Positions 28,667 through 38,293 of a stretch of 64,000 nt of DNA are shown piece after piece. Position 1 is the stretch's first letter; each line of letters opens with the position of its first letter. Both the position numbers and the translations under genes were made by a program. Source of the DNA: Planctomycetota bacterium (GTDB lineage: Bacteria > Planctomycetota > B15-G4); assembly GCA_038212275.1 (NCBI GenBank), contig JBBQUR010000001.1:64001-128000 (forward strand), given 5' to 3'. Under the pieces are notes generated by a model. It was not told where the DNA came from, did no database searches, and was given only the letters and a program-made list of their open reading frames with translations.

Positions 28667-29827
28667 TCACTCGCCCAGCAGTCGCGCACGGATCGTGCGT
28701 GCTTCGGCCGGATCGCGCGTGGAGCCGACGATCACGCGGCCGTCGCGGAAGATGAGGATGCGCCGCGCGGCGCCGACGGCAGGGCGCGCGTGCGCGTCGT
28801 GCGAGCTGATGTCGAGGCGCACGAGAAAGGGCGAGAGCGTCACCACGCCTTCGCTCGCGAGGTGCGAGGCGAGCGCCGCCAGGTCCACGGGGGCGCCGGT
28901 GGCGGGGAGTTGCACCGCGTCGCGACCGCAGAGTTCGGTGGCGGTGGCGGCGGGCGCGTCGTGCAGGAACGGGAAGTGTCCTCGCACGCAGCACGGGCAG
29001 TCGGGTTCGCGGGGCAGGCGCAGACGACGCAACTCCGGCTCCCAGCCATCGACGGCGATGACCTCGGCCTCCGCGCCTGCCTCTGCGTCCGAGGCCGCAC
29101 CCGAGGCCGGGGCTGGGTCCGTTGCTTTCGCGGCTTGCAGAAGCAGGCGCAGCGCGGCGCCTGCCGCCAGGGCGGTCACCAGGCTGACCGCGGTGCCGAG
29201 CACGCCGGCCGTGTCGCAGGTGGGCAGGCTGCCGGGTGCGGGCGGCTGCGGCACGTAGCAGCGCAGGCACGGGCCACCGGGCCGCACGAGCAGCAGCTGG
29301 CCCTCGGTGCCGACGACGCCGCAATAGAGAAAGGGCACCGCCTGTTGCACGCACCAGTCGTTGAGCAGGAAGCGGGTGGAGAAGTTGTCCGTGCCGTCGA
29401 GGACCAGGCCTGCGTCGCGAAGCAGTCGCGGCGCATTGTCGGCCGTGAGGTCCGCGACCTCGGCCTGCACGGCAAGGCCCGGATCGATCGCAGTCAGCGC
29501 CGCAGCGGCCGTCTCCGCCTTGCTGGCGACCGCTTCCGCATCCGCGGTCGTGAAGAGCGTCTGTCGCGGGAGGTTGCTCAGCTCGACGACGTCGCGGTCC
29601 ACGAGTCGCAGCCAGCCGCCGGCCTGCTGCTGGCCGACACCGGCGCGCGCGAGCGACTCCGCGAGGTGCGTGCCCGTCGCCCCGATGCCCACGATGACGA
29701 CGCGCGCGCGTGCCAGCGCCGCCTGGCCGGCCGCTCCGACCTGCGGGAGGCGCACCTGGCGCACGAAGCGAGCGGAGGTCGGGGGCGCCGGCGTCGGTTC
29801 GGTCGGCGATGGGTGCGCGTCGGTCAT
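28667..29827 (-). CDS. ThiF/MoeB family adenylyltransferase
   Basis: VGIGATG, VDRDVVELSNLPRQ, DGTDNF, PCLRC, TCDTAGV, CPCC and LCGRDAVQ. Confidence 0.9.
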   Translation of the reverse strand: MTDAHPSPTEPTPAPPTSARFVRQVRLPQVGAAGQAALARARVVIVGIGATGTHLAESLARAGVGQQQAGGWLRLVDRDVVELSNLPRQTLFTTADAEAVASKAETAAAALTAIDPGLAVQAEVADLTADNAPRLLRDAGLVLDGTDNFSTRFLLNDWCVQQAVPFLYCGVVGTEGQLLLVRPGGPCLRCYVPQPPAPGSLPTCDTAGVLGTAVSLVTALAAGAALRLLLQAAKATDPAPASGAASDAEAGAEAEVIAVDGWEPELRRLRLPREPDCPCCVRGHFPFLHDAPAATATELCGRDAVQLPATGAPVDLAALASHLASEGVVTLSPFLVRLDISSHDAHARPAVGAARRILIFRDGRVIVGSTRDPAEARTIRARLLGE

Positions 29828-29834
29828 CGGGCTC

Positions 29835-30788
29835 TCAGCGTACGCGGACGAGCCGCGCGCGGGGGACGGAGACATCCAGCAGCGGGGCAATGTCCTGGAG
29901 GAAGCGCCGCGCATCCAAGGGGTAGCCGGCGGTGGGGAGCACGCCCGGCGACGCGCCGTCGAACCACGCGTTGAAGCTCTCCATGAAAAGCTCGCGCACG
30001 GTCTTGGCGACGAGCGAGGCGAGCGCCACCGTTGCGAGATGCCCGTCGGCCTTGACCTGGAAGCTGAGGCGCACGGACGGGCGATGCGGAAAGTCCATGC
30101 GGTAGCTGCTGCTGCCCGCGCTCTCCGCGAGCGTGCGGATGGGGGCCAGCGGAAAGAATTCCGCGAGCAGGTCCTTGTAGTGCGCGCGGCCGCCGTGCCG
30201 GTCCACGTGGATGACGAGCTCTTCCTGCGGGTAGCTGGCCATGAGCGCGTCGATGAGGCGGCCGGTGGCGAGGAAGAGCGGCCAGGCCTTGGTGCCGCGG
30301 GCCAGCGTGAGCCGGTTGAAGCGCGGTTCGAGCACGGGCGCGACGGCGAAGTCCAGGAAGGAGAGCCCGCGGTCCGCGAGCAGTTCGGCCTGGCGTGCGG
30401 CGCGTTCCAGCACGTCGTCCACGCGCGCATGCCGCGGCAGCGTCGCGCCCAGCAGGTGCCTGCCGTACCAGGGCTGTTCGAGGATCTCCTCGGCGGGGCA
30501 GTCCAGCGCGCCCGTCAGCAGGACGTCCGCGCGCAGCGGCAGCAGTCCGCGTCCGAGCACCGCGTGTCCCAGCACCGAGGTCTCGAGGCGGGCGACTCCG
30601 TCCTTGCCGCGGTAGAGCTGTTTGCTGTCGCCGATGGCGAGGCCGCCGGCGCGGGGGCCGAGGCCGATGAGGCGATGCAGCACCGAGTCGCGCACGCCCG
30701 GCTCGATGCGGAAGGCGCTGGATGCAACGACAAGCGGGCCGAGCGTCGGCCCGTAGCCGGCCTCGTCGATGCCGGCATGAACGGTCAT
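29835..30788 (-). CDS. Ribonuclease HII-like protein
   Basis: AGIDEAGYGPTLGPLVV, GDSK, KAD...ASLVAK..R and TAGYP. ATGA overlap with lgt. Confidence 0.82.
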   Translation of the reverse strand: MTVHAGIDEAGYGPTLGPLVVASSAFRIEPGVRDSVLHRLIGLGPRAGGLAIGDSKQLYRGKDGVARLETSVLGHAVLGRGLLPLRADVLLTGALDCPAEEILEQPWYGRHLLGATLPRHARVDDVLERAARQAELLADRGLSFLDFAVAPVLEPRFNRLTLARGTKAWPLFLATGRLIDALMASYPQEELVIHVDRHGGRAHYKDLLAEFFPLAPIRTLAESAGSSSYRMDFPHRPSVRLSFQVKADGHLATVALASLVAKTVRELFMESFNAWFDGASPGVLPTAGYPLDARRFLQDIAPLLDVSVPRARLVRVR

Positions 30789-31585
30789 GGCCGGGCGGGG
30801 GAAGGCGATCCGGCGGGCTTCGCGCGGCTCCAGCGCATGTAAAGCAGCAGCGCCATCGGGACGAGGCCCACGGAGGTCCACTGTGCGGTGGAGAACGCGC
30901 CGTAGATGCCGCGCGCGACGTCGTCGCCGCGCGTGAACTCCACGACGAAGCGGCCCACCGCGTAGAGCATGATCGTGACGCACATGACCTGGCCGTCGAA
31001 GCGGCGGCGGGTGAGCAACCATGCCATCGAGAGGAAGATCAGAAGATCCATGAGCGAGAGGTAGATCTGCGTCGGATGCAGCGGCACGCCGATGAGGTCG
31101 GCCGGCATGAGGCTGCCTTCGATCGGCGGAAACGTGATGGCCCACGGGCCGTTCCAGCGACTGCCGTAGTCGTCGCCGACGAGAAGGCAGCCGATGCGCC
31201 CGAAGGTCTGCCCGAGGAAGAGAGCCGGCAGCATCGCGTCGCCGAGCCGCGGGATATTGATCTTGTTGCGTCGGCCCCACCAGATGGCGCCGAGCGCACC
31301 GCCGACGAATCCGCCCACCGAGACGATGCCGCCTTCCCACAGGGCGATGGGCGAGTACCAGGCGTGAAAGGCCTCGGGGTGCACGACGAGGTACAAAAGG
31401 CGCGCCCCGATGAAGCCCACGATGATCGAGATGGTGACGAGGTCCCCGACCTGCTCCTTCTGCGCGAGGCCGAGGCGCGCCAGCGCGCGACCGAGCCACC
31501 AGCTTCCGACCAGCACGCCGATCATCACCATGACGCCGAAGGACTTCAGCTCGAAGGAACCGATCTTGAACAGAATGGGGTGCAT
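30785..31585 (-). CDS. lgt: Prolipoprotein diacylglyceryl transferase
   Basis: MHPILF, GARLLY, GGFVGG, GRIGC, HPTQIY and RFVVEFTRGD. Confidence 0.93.
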   Translation of the reverse strand: MHPILFKIGSFELKSFGVMVMIGVLVGSWWLGRALARLGLAQKEQVGDLVTISIIVGFIGARLLYLVVHPEAFHAWYSPIALWEGGIVSVGGFVGGALGAIWWGRRNKINIPRLGDAMLPALFLGQTFGRIGCLLVGDDYGSRWNGPWAITFPPIEGSLMPADLIGVPLHPTQIYLSLMDLLIFLSMAWLLTRRRFDGQVMCVTIMLYAVGRFVVEFTRGDDVARGIYGAFSTAQWTSVGLVPMALLLYMRWSRAKPAGSPSPARP

Positions 31586-31592
31586 GGCTGCC

Positions 31593-32069
31593 TCAGATCA
31601 TCACGCCGGTGATCGTGCTCTCGTAAACCAGGTTGCCGGCGACCCAGGCCTGCGTGGCGAAGGTGGCGAAGCTTCGGCGCTGGCGCAGCGCGCGCACTGC
31701 CACGAGCAGCGTGTCGCCGGGGAGCACCTGGCCACGAAAGCGCGCGTCGTCGATGCCTGCGAAGCCGAAGAAGTGTCCGGGATCGAGCGGCATGGTGTAG
31801 GACGCGACCCACGCGCAGAGCTGGGCCGAGACCTCGACCATGACCACGCCGGGCATGAGCGGCCTGCCGGGAAGGTGTCCGGCCACCCAGAAGTCCGTCG
31901 CGAGCGCGTGGTGCACGCCGACAGCGAAGGCCGTGTCGAGGTCAAAGGCCAGGATGCCGTGGAGCAGGCCCATGGCGTCGCGCTGCGGAATGCGCGCCTG
32001 CACGCCCGCGAGGTCGAACAGCAGCGGCGACTCGGCATAGGCCAGCGGGTCGCACAACGCGTCGGTCAT
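31593..32069 (-). CDS. fabZ: 3-hydroxyacyl-ACP dehydratase (FabZ/FabA hot-dog fold)
   Basis: IPQR, GHLPGRPLMPGVVMVE and ARFRGQVLPGD. Confidence 0.85.
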   Translation of the reverse strand: MTDALCDPLAYAESPLLFDLAGVQARIPQRDAMGLLHGILAFDLDTAFAVGVHHALATDFWVAGHLPGRPLMPGVVMVEVSAQLCAWVASYTMPLDPGHFFGFAGIDDARFRGQVLPGDTLLVAVRALRQRRSFATFATQAWVAGNLVYESTITGVMI

Positions 32070-32203
32070 CGCGGAGCACCTCGGGCAGGGATGGCCGGCC
32101 CCGGCCGGCACGTGCGCGGCCCGTGCCTCGCGGCAGGCGGACGGCGCGGGATTCTAGGCAATGGCCCCGGCGCGGGGCCATCCTCGAACCTGCAGGGGCG
32201 GGA

Positions 32204-33295
32204 TCAGTCCTGCTTGGTCTCGATCAGCGTGAACCAGCGGAGCTGCTCGCCTTGCCCGCCCTGGAGAGTCAGCGAATCCGAGATGGACTCGTAGCCCTCG
32301 CGCTTCACGGCGACCTCGTAGTCCCCGTCGGGCAGGAAGCGGAGCACCGCCTGGCCCGCATCCTGCGTGCGGCTTGACGCGAATTTCGCCGAGCTGCGCA
32401 GTTCGATCTCGGCCTCGCTCACGGGGCGGCCGTAGTTGTCGCGCACCGTGACGACGATCTGGTGTCGCGGCGAGAGGAAGAGACTGACCTCGGTGGTTCC
32501 CTGGTTCACGTTGACCGAACGCAGCCGGTCCAGGTCGTTGCCGGGCTCGAGCAGCGTGATGGAGTAATCGCCTGCGGGCAGCGGCGAAAAACGGAAGCGG
32601 CCGTCGCCGCCGGTGTGCGCGACGAGCGCCTGCGGCGGCTTGACCTCGTTGAAGAGTCGCACGACCTCGAGAAAGACCGGCACGTCCGCCACGGGCGAGC
32701 GCGTCTCGTCGTACACCAGTCCAACGATGGACGGGCCGTGCGAGAGTCGCAGCGGGATGGCGCCGGGGAGCTCGGGCGGCATGATCACGTCGGGCAACAC
32801 GCCGGGCAGGTAGCCGGGCGCGCGCACCACGACGTCCCAGCGGCCGGAGGGGCAGTCCCGGCGGAAGACGCCCGACGGCCCACGAAAGGGAACGGGCAGG
32901 ACCTCGGTGCTCAGCATCCGTTCGAGCGGCGGGTCGGCGGAGTACGGGAGGATGGTCACGTCGAAGGGGCTGACGGGCGAACCGGTCTCGTCGTCCACGA
33001 CGGCGAGCACGAGGAACGGGGCGCCAAGTCTCTGCGGCGGCAGCACGAGCGATTGGCGAGGCGCGGGGGCGCTGGCGATCGTCGGCGCCGTGGAGGCCGC
33101 GCCTGTCGGCAGCACGGGGGTGGCGGCGCTGCTCACTTCGGGACGGCTCAGCACCTGCACCGAACCGGTCTCCGGCTCCTCGGAGTCACCCGTGCGGGCC
33201 ATGATCAGCGCGCCGATCAGGCCGCCGATCAACGCGGCCACCAGCAGGCTTGCGGTGAGCCAGAGAGCCAACGGCGGATTGCGGTGCTTCGTCAT
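32204..33295 (-). CDS. Membrane-anchored carboxypeptidase-regulatory-like domain protein
   Basis: N-terminal TM helix, Pro/Ala/Thr linker and three beta-sandwich repeats. Confidence 0.75.
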   Translation of the reverse strand: MTKHRNPPLALWLTASLLVAALIGGLIGALIMARTGDSEEPETGSVQVLSRPEVSSAATPVLPTGAASTAPTIASAPAPRQSLVLPPQRLGAPFLVLAVVDDETGSPVSPFDVTILPYSADPPLERMLSTEVLPVPFRGPSGVFRRDCPSGRWDVVVRAPGYLPGVLPDVIMPPELPGAIPLRLSHGPSIVGLVYDETRSPVADVPVFLEVVRLFNEVKPPQALVAHTGGDGRFRFSPLPAGDYSITLLEPGNDLDRLRSVNVNQGTTEVSLFLSPRHQIVVTVRDNYGRPVSEAEIELRSSAKFASSRTQDAGQAVLRFLPDGDYEVAVKREGYESISDSLTLQGGQGEQLRWFTLIETKQD

Positions 33296-33401
33296 GCGGG
33301 CCGATTCTGGAAGTCTTCGCGCCTCGACCTTACTTTACCTGCCCCCGTCGGTGACTCTCCGCCGGGTGGTGCCGACCGCCGTGCTCGAACGAAAGGCTCT
33401 C

Positions 33402-35981
33402 ATGTCTCATCGCTCCCTGCTCGTCCTCGCTCTGGCTGCCGGCTGCCTGGTGGTTGCCTTCCGTCCAGCGGAACCCGCCAACCCCCTGCCCGTCGCGGCG
33501 CCCGCGGCCGTGTCGAGCGTGGCGCAGGCTGCCGCGCCGGGAGCGGTGCCCAAGACCATCATCCTCGGCTTCGATGGCATGGACTACGAGCTCACGAAGC
33601 GGTTCATGGACCAGGGCCTGATGCCGAACTTCAAGCGCCTGTCCGAGCAGGGAGTCTTCCAGAGGCTGGAGACGAGCAACCCGGCCCAGTCGCCGGTGAG
33701 CTGGGCCGTGTTCAACACGGGCTGCAACCCGGGCAAGACGGGAGTGGCCGGCTTCGTGAGCCGGCAGATCACGCGAACACTCCCCGACGGAAGGGAGGTC
33801 AAGGGCCCGCCCATGCCCCAGATGATGCTCGGCTTCGCCGAGCGCATTCCGGCGGACGATTTCGTCGAGCATCCGATGGCGCTGCAGGATCCCGGCAAGT
33901 TCCGCACCCACGCACTGCTGCTGGGCGGAGCGGTCGGGTTGCTCGCTGGCCTGCTGCTCTTCAAGCTCATCTTCCGCGCCGGCTGGGGCGCTGCCCTCGT
34001 GATGGGGCTGCTGCTGGGAGTCGGCGGCGGCTTCGCAGGTCGGCACTGGGCGGTCTCGTACATCGCCACGCTGCCGGCCGATGGCAAGCTGCCCTACGTC
34101 GTGAACCCGATGCAGGGCACGAGCTTCTGGAGCTACCTCGACGGCATCGGCGTGCGCACGCGCGGCATCCAGATCGCGTCCACTTATCCGCCGGACCACG
34201 AGGGCAAGAACACGGAGCTGCTCTCCGGCCTCGGTGTCATGGATGTCACCGGTTCGCCCGGCTCCTACACGATCTACACCAACGACCAGTGGACCTTCAC
34301 CGACAAGGGCACCAGCAGCGGCGGCAAGATCATGAAGCTGTACGAGGACGAGCCCGGCGTCATCCACGCCAAGCTCAACGGCCCGCGCAACTGGTTCGAG
34401 CAGGTGCGCTTCGAGACGCAGCTCAAGGAGCTCAATGCGCTGAAGGGCACAGCCGGCGCGCCGAAGGACCTGGACGACCGGATCAAGAGCGTGCAGGCCG
34501 AGCAGGCGAAGTGGCTCGGCAAGGACAGCGGAAAGACCGCGGTGCCCTTCACGATGACCGTCGACAAGGAGAACCATGCCATCGACTTCTCGGTCGGCGG
34601 TGATGGCGAGGACGGCTCGCCGGAGCCGGTGAAGTTCCGCCTCGCGCAAGGCGCGTGGAGCGACTTCGTGCCTGTCGAGTTCAAGCTGAGCGAGCGCTAC
34701 AGCGCCTTCGGCACCGTGCTCTTCCACATCCTGAAGTGCGACGACGAGGAAGTGCGCGTGTTCGTGCCGCCCATCAACATCGATCCCGAGCATCCGCCCG
34801 AGCAGCTCCCGATCAGCGCGCCCGGGTCCTTTTCGGCCGACCTCGTGCACGAGATCGGCCACGACTACGAGACGCTCGGCTGGGCCTGCATCACAAACCC
34901 GCTGAAGGACTGGGAAGACACGCGGCTCCCCGAACAGTCCTTCATGGACGACATGGTCTCCACCGAGGCGCTGCGCGAGGACCTGCTCATCGCGAGCCTG
35001 CAGCGCAGCGACGACTGGGACGTGTTCTTCCAGGTGCTCTCCACGCCCGACCGGGTGTGTCACATGCTCTTCCGCGAGTCCGACCCGAAGCATCCCGCCT
35101 ACGACAAGACGCTGGCCGACACGATGGTCACGGCGTGGGGCAAGACCTTCCCGCTCAGCGAAGCCATCCCGCAGCTCTACGCTCAGGAGGACCGCCTGGT
35201 CGGCCGCGTGCTCGATCTCATCGATCAGGGCAAGCTGGGTCCCGACTGCCTGCTCATGCTCGTCTCGGATCACGGCTTCTCGTCGTTCCGGCGGCAGGTG
35301 AACTTGAACAACGCGCTGGCAGAGCTCGGCTACCTGGTGTTCCTGCCGGGCCTCGACGTCGCGTCCGCGCGCGAGGAGGGCAAGAGCGACCAGCTCCAGT
35401 ACGTGGACTGGGACAAGACGCGTGCCTACTCGCTCGGCCTCGGCGAGGTCTTCGTCAACCTGCTGGGGCGCGAGGAAAAGGGCATCGTGCCTCCCGACCA
35501 GTACGACACCCTGGTGGAGAACATCCGCAAGGACCTGCTCACGCTGAAGGACCCGAAGGACGGCGCGTCGGTGGTGACGACGGCCTCGCGCAGGGACAAG
35601 CTCTACAACGGGCCGTGGTGGAAAGAAGGCATGGCCTTCCGCAAGGTGCGCGGCAAGGATGTCGAGGTGCACCATGACGGCTTTGCCGACATCTTCCTCG
35701 GGTACGCGCCGTATTATCGTGTGGCGTGGTCCAACACGCTGGGCGGCCTCGATGCCGCGACCGTGACGGACAACACCAATCACTGGTCGGGCGATCACGT
35801 GAGCGTGGATCCGAGCCACGTTCCGGGCATCCTGTTCAGCAACCGGCGCATGACCGCGCCGACGGAGTCGTCGCTCATGGACATCGCCCCGACCGTGCTC
35901 AAGCGCTACGGCATCGACCCCGCGCCGCCGCACACGGAAATGGACGGCAAGCCGCTCCCGTTCGAGACCCAGAGCCGATGA
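33402..35981 (+). CDS. Alkaline-phosphatase-superfamily phosphodiesterase/nucleotide pyrophosphatase with an internal TM hairpin
   Basis: Signal peptide, ILGFDGMD, PAQSPVSW, PDRVCH, VSDHGF, WSGDH and DIAPT. Confidence 0.87.
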   Translation: MSHRSLLVLALAAGCLVVAFRPAEPANPLPVAAPAAVSSVAQAAAPGAVPKTIILGFDGMDYELTKRFMDQGLMPNFKRLSEQGVFQRLETSNPAQSPVSWAVFNTGCNPGKTGVAGFVSRQITRTLPDGREVKGPPMPQMMLGFAERIPADDFVEHPMALQDPGKFRTHALLLGGAVGLLAGLLLFKLIFRAGWGAALVMGLLLGVGGGFAGRHWAVSYIATLPADGKLPYVVNPMQGTSFWSYLDGIGVRTRGIQIASTYPPDHEGKNTELLSGLGVMDVTGSPGSYTIYTNDQWTFTDKGTSSGGKIMKLYEDEPGVIHAKLNGPRNWFEQVRFETQLKELNALKGTAGAPKDLDDRIKSVQAEQAKWLGKDSGKTAVPFTMTVDKENHAIDFSVGGDGEDGSPEPVKFRLAQGAWSDFVPVEFKLSERYSAFGTVLFHILKCDDEEVRVFVPPINIDPEHPPEQLPISAPGSFSADLVHEIGHDYETLGWACITNPLKDWEDTRLPEQSFMDDMVSTEALREDLLIASLQRSDDWDVFFQVLSTPDRVCHMLFRESDPKHPAYDKTLADTMVTAWGKTFPLSEAIPQLYAQEDRLVGRVLDLIDQGKLGPDCLLMLVSDHGFSSFRRQVNLNNALAELGYLVFLPGLDVASAREEGKSDQLQYVDWDKTRAYSLGLGEVFVNLLGREEKGIVPPDQYDTLVENIRKDLLTLKDPKDGASVVTTASRRDKLYNGPWWKEGMAFRKVRGKDVEVHHDGFADIFLGYAPYYRVAWSNTLGGLDAATVTDNTNHWSGDHVSVDPSHVPGILFSNRRMTAPTESSLMDIAPTVLKRYGIDPAPPHTEMDGKPLPFETQSR

Positions 35982-37057
35982 GTCTCACGCTCGTCACCGG
36001 CGGCACGGGCTTCCTCGGCCGGCACCTCGTGGGTGCGCTCGCGGCGCGCGGGGACAAGGTGCGCGTCCTGGCGCGCGCCGGCAGCGACGTGACCGGCCTC
36101 GACGGTGTCGGCGGCATCGAGATCGTGCGCGGCGACATCACGCGCCGCGCCGATCTGTCCGGCGCGCTGTCCGGCTGCGACCGCGTCTTCCACGCCGCGG
36201 CCGAGATGCGCGACGAGCAGCCTGCAGAGGTCTATCGCGCGGCCAACCACGCCGCCGTGGAAACGCTGCTCGAGTTGTGCTTCGAGGGCGGCGTGCAGCG
36301 TGTCGTGTGCACGTCCAGCTACTTCGCGATCGGCCGCACGGGCCCGCCTCGCAACGCCGAGGGCTTCATCGCCGACGAATACTGGACCCACGATCCGGAC
36401 GATTTCCACGGCCCGCTCGAGGAAAGCAAGTACGACGCCGAGCACGCGGTGAACCAGCAGGTGTCGGTGGGCAAGCCGGTCTTCGCCACCGTGCCGACGA
36501 TGATCTACGGGCCAGAGGCCCGTCCCGTCTCGCGCGCGGAGGAACTGCGGCCGGGCAATCGCATCGTGCGCCTGCTCGCGGAGCACGCCGCCGGCCGTTA
36601 CGCCGGCATTCCGGGCACGGGCCAGCAGCTGTGGAATCTCGTGCATGTGGGGGACGTGGTGGCAGGGCACCTGGCCGCCATGGATGCGCAGGATCCGTCG
36701 GGCAAGTGGCCGCCGCCGCGCTGGACGCACTGGCACATGATCCTCGGCGGCGAGAACGTGTCCGTGAACGAACTCTTCGCGCGCTTCTCCGGGCTGACAG
36801 GCGTGGCTCCGCCGAAGGCCATGGGCGCGGGCGGCTTTCTGGGCAAGTTGTTCGGGGGAGGCCGCAAGGCCGGCAAGGAACGGACCGCGATGGACAGTCA
36901 CAGCTGGGCCTACACCTCCGCGATGGCGGGCCATGATTTCGGCTACCGGAGCCGGTCGCTCGACGAAGGCCTCGCCCAGACCGTCGAGTGGATGGCGCGC
37001 TGCGGACTGGTGAAGGTGTCGGGAAGCGGCGGGCGCTCCCCGGCGTCGAAGGCGTGA
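35978..37057 (+). CDS. NAD-dependent epimerase/dehydratase family protein
   Basis: VTGGTGFLG, FHAAA, TSS and NLVHVGDV. ATGA overlap. The YxxxK position reads LEESK. Confidence 0.85.
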   Translation: MSLTLVTGGTGFLGRHLVGALAARGDKVRVLARAGSDVTGLDGVGGIEIVRGDITRRADLSGALSGCDRVFHAAAEMRDEQPAEVYRAANHAAVETLLELCFEGGVQRVVCTSSYFAIGRTGPPRNAEGFIADEYWTHDPDDFHGPLEESKYDAEHAVNQQVSVGKPVFATVPTMIYGPEARPVSRAEELRPGNRIVRLLAEHAAGRYAGIPGTGQQLWNLVHVGDVVAGHLAAMDAQDPSGKWPPPRWTHWHMILGGENVSVNELFARFSGLTGVAPPKAMGAGGFLGKLFGGGRKAGKERTAMDSHSWAYTSAMAGHDFGYRSRSLDEGLAQTVEWMARCGLVKVSGSGGRSPASKA

Positions 37058-37059
37058 TC

Positions 37060-38244
37060 ATGGACACGCTCCGCTTCGTCGCCGCCGCATCGGTGTTCCT
37101 GCTCGTGGCTGGCTGCGATGTGCCGCCGATGGTCGAAGCGCGGGCTTCCAATACCTACATGGCGGAGTCCGGGCCTTCCGTCGAGAACAACGAGTCGACG
37201 AGCATCGCCGGCATGGGTGAGCCGGCCATCACGCACGGGGCCCTGTCGCGCTCGGTCACGCGGAAGCTCGACACCATGCTGGAGGCCATCCTGCGCAGCA
37301 CGCTTCCCGAGGTGGCCGGGCTGCACAAGGACCTCGAAGCCAGTGCCGCGCAACTCGTGCCGCCCGAACGCCTTGCCACCAACGACACCACGCTGCGCGC
37401 CTGGGGCCAGGCCGAGCGGGACAACTACCGGTCGGTCGTGGACGTGATCTACGACGAGGCGACCCGACGCCTGAAGGGCCTGGAGGAAGCGGCCGACGAG
37501 GCGGCGGCCGCGCAGGCGCGCACGCTGGCCCCGCAGCGCTCGCCGCTCGACACGGGCGCCACGGGCGATGCCGCGCTGGACACCGCGGTGACGACGTTCG
37601 GGGAGGTCATGGCGGGGGCCGTGGGCCTGCGCGAGGTGGACGTGCGCCACCAGCAGGACCGCGCCCGGCAACTCGACCTGTTCGAGGTGTTCAGCAGCTT
37701 CGGAGCGAAGAAGGCCGCCGTCCTGGCGGGCGAGGAGTCCTCACCCGACGCAGAGGCCGAGAGCGAGATGCATGGCCGCATCCTGCTCTTCGTGGGTGGC
37801 GACGAAACGCTGGGCGCGCCGCGCGCGCTGCTGGCGTTCCGCAGCGACGCCAACGAACCGGAGAGCCATCGCCTCGTGCAGGTCATGCGTCACCGCGTGA
37901 TGCGCGGTGGCGCCATCGTCGCCGACCTCGGCTGGCGTGCGGCGCCCACGCAAGGGAAGCCCGGTCTTCCGAAGACCACGGTGCTGGAGAACTTCCTCAT
38001 CGCGCCGCGTGTCGAGCCCGTGCTGGACCGATCCTCTCCGTCCTACGCGAATCTCACGGACATGCGCATCGTGGTGGACATCCAGTCGGCCGTGCTCGAC
38101 GCGGACAAGCAGGTTCTCGGCGGCGTGGACTGGCGCATCGAGTTCCAGGTCTCGATGAACGGTGCGCTCACGTGGCAGCTCGCCGGCGGCCGGCCGAAGT
38201 TCGATCCCTATTGCTCCGAAGTGAAGAGCGTGATGGGCCTCTGA
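37060..38244 (+). CDS. Hypothetical lipoprotein
   Basis: Lipobox VAGC and high-GC3 ORF, 2 bp after the upstream stop. Confidence 0.75.
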   Translation: MDTLRFVAAASVFLLVAGCDVPPMVEARASNTYMAESGPSVENNESTSIAGMGEPAITHGALSRSVTRKLDTMLEAILRSTLPEVAGLHKDLEASAAQLVPPERLATNDTTLRAWGQAERDNYRSVVDVIYDEATRRLKGLEEAADEAAAAQARTLAPQRSPLDTGATGDAALDTAVTTFGEVMAGAVGLREVDVRHQQDRARQLDLFEVFSSFGAKKAAVLAGEESSPDAEAESEMHGRILLFVGGDETLGAPRALLAFRSDANEPESHRLVQVMRHRVMRGGAIVADLGWRAAPTQGKPGLPKTTVLENFLIAPRVEPVLDRSSPSYANLTDMRIVVDIQSAVLDADKQVLGGVDWRIEFQVSMNGALTWQLAGGRPKFDPYCSEVKSVMGL

Positions 38245-38246
38245 GG

Positions 38247-38263
38247 CGGGGCGTTCCGCCCCG
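38247..38263. terminator. GC hairpin between convergent genes
   Basis: CGGGGCG-TTC-CGCCCCG followed by GCTTCCCCTT. Confidence 0.45.
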
Positions 38264-38293
38264 GCTTCCCCTTCGGCGCAGGCGCTCCGGCGC

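Noticed and set aside
22488..30788. NTase, RNase D, CHAT, kinase, ThiF and RNase HII as one defence or ubiquitin-like system
   Set aside because: The genes lie in different orientations and transcription units. ThiF is an ordinary MoeB type with no E2, JAB or Ubl partner, and the minus-strand block continues into lgt and fabZ.
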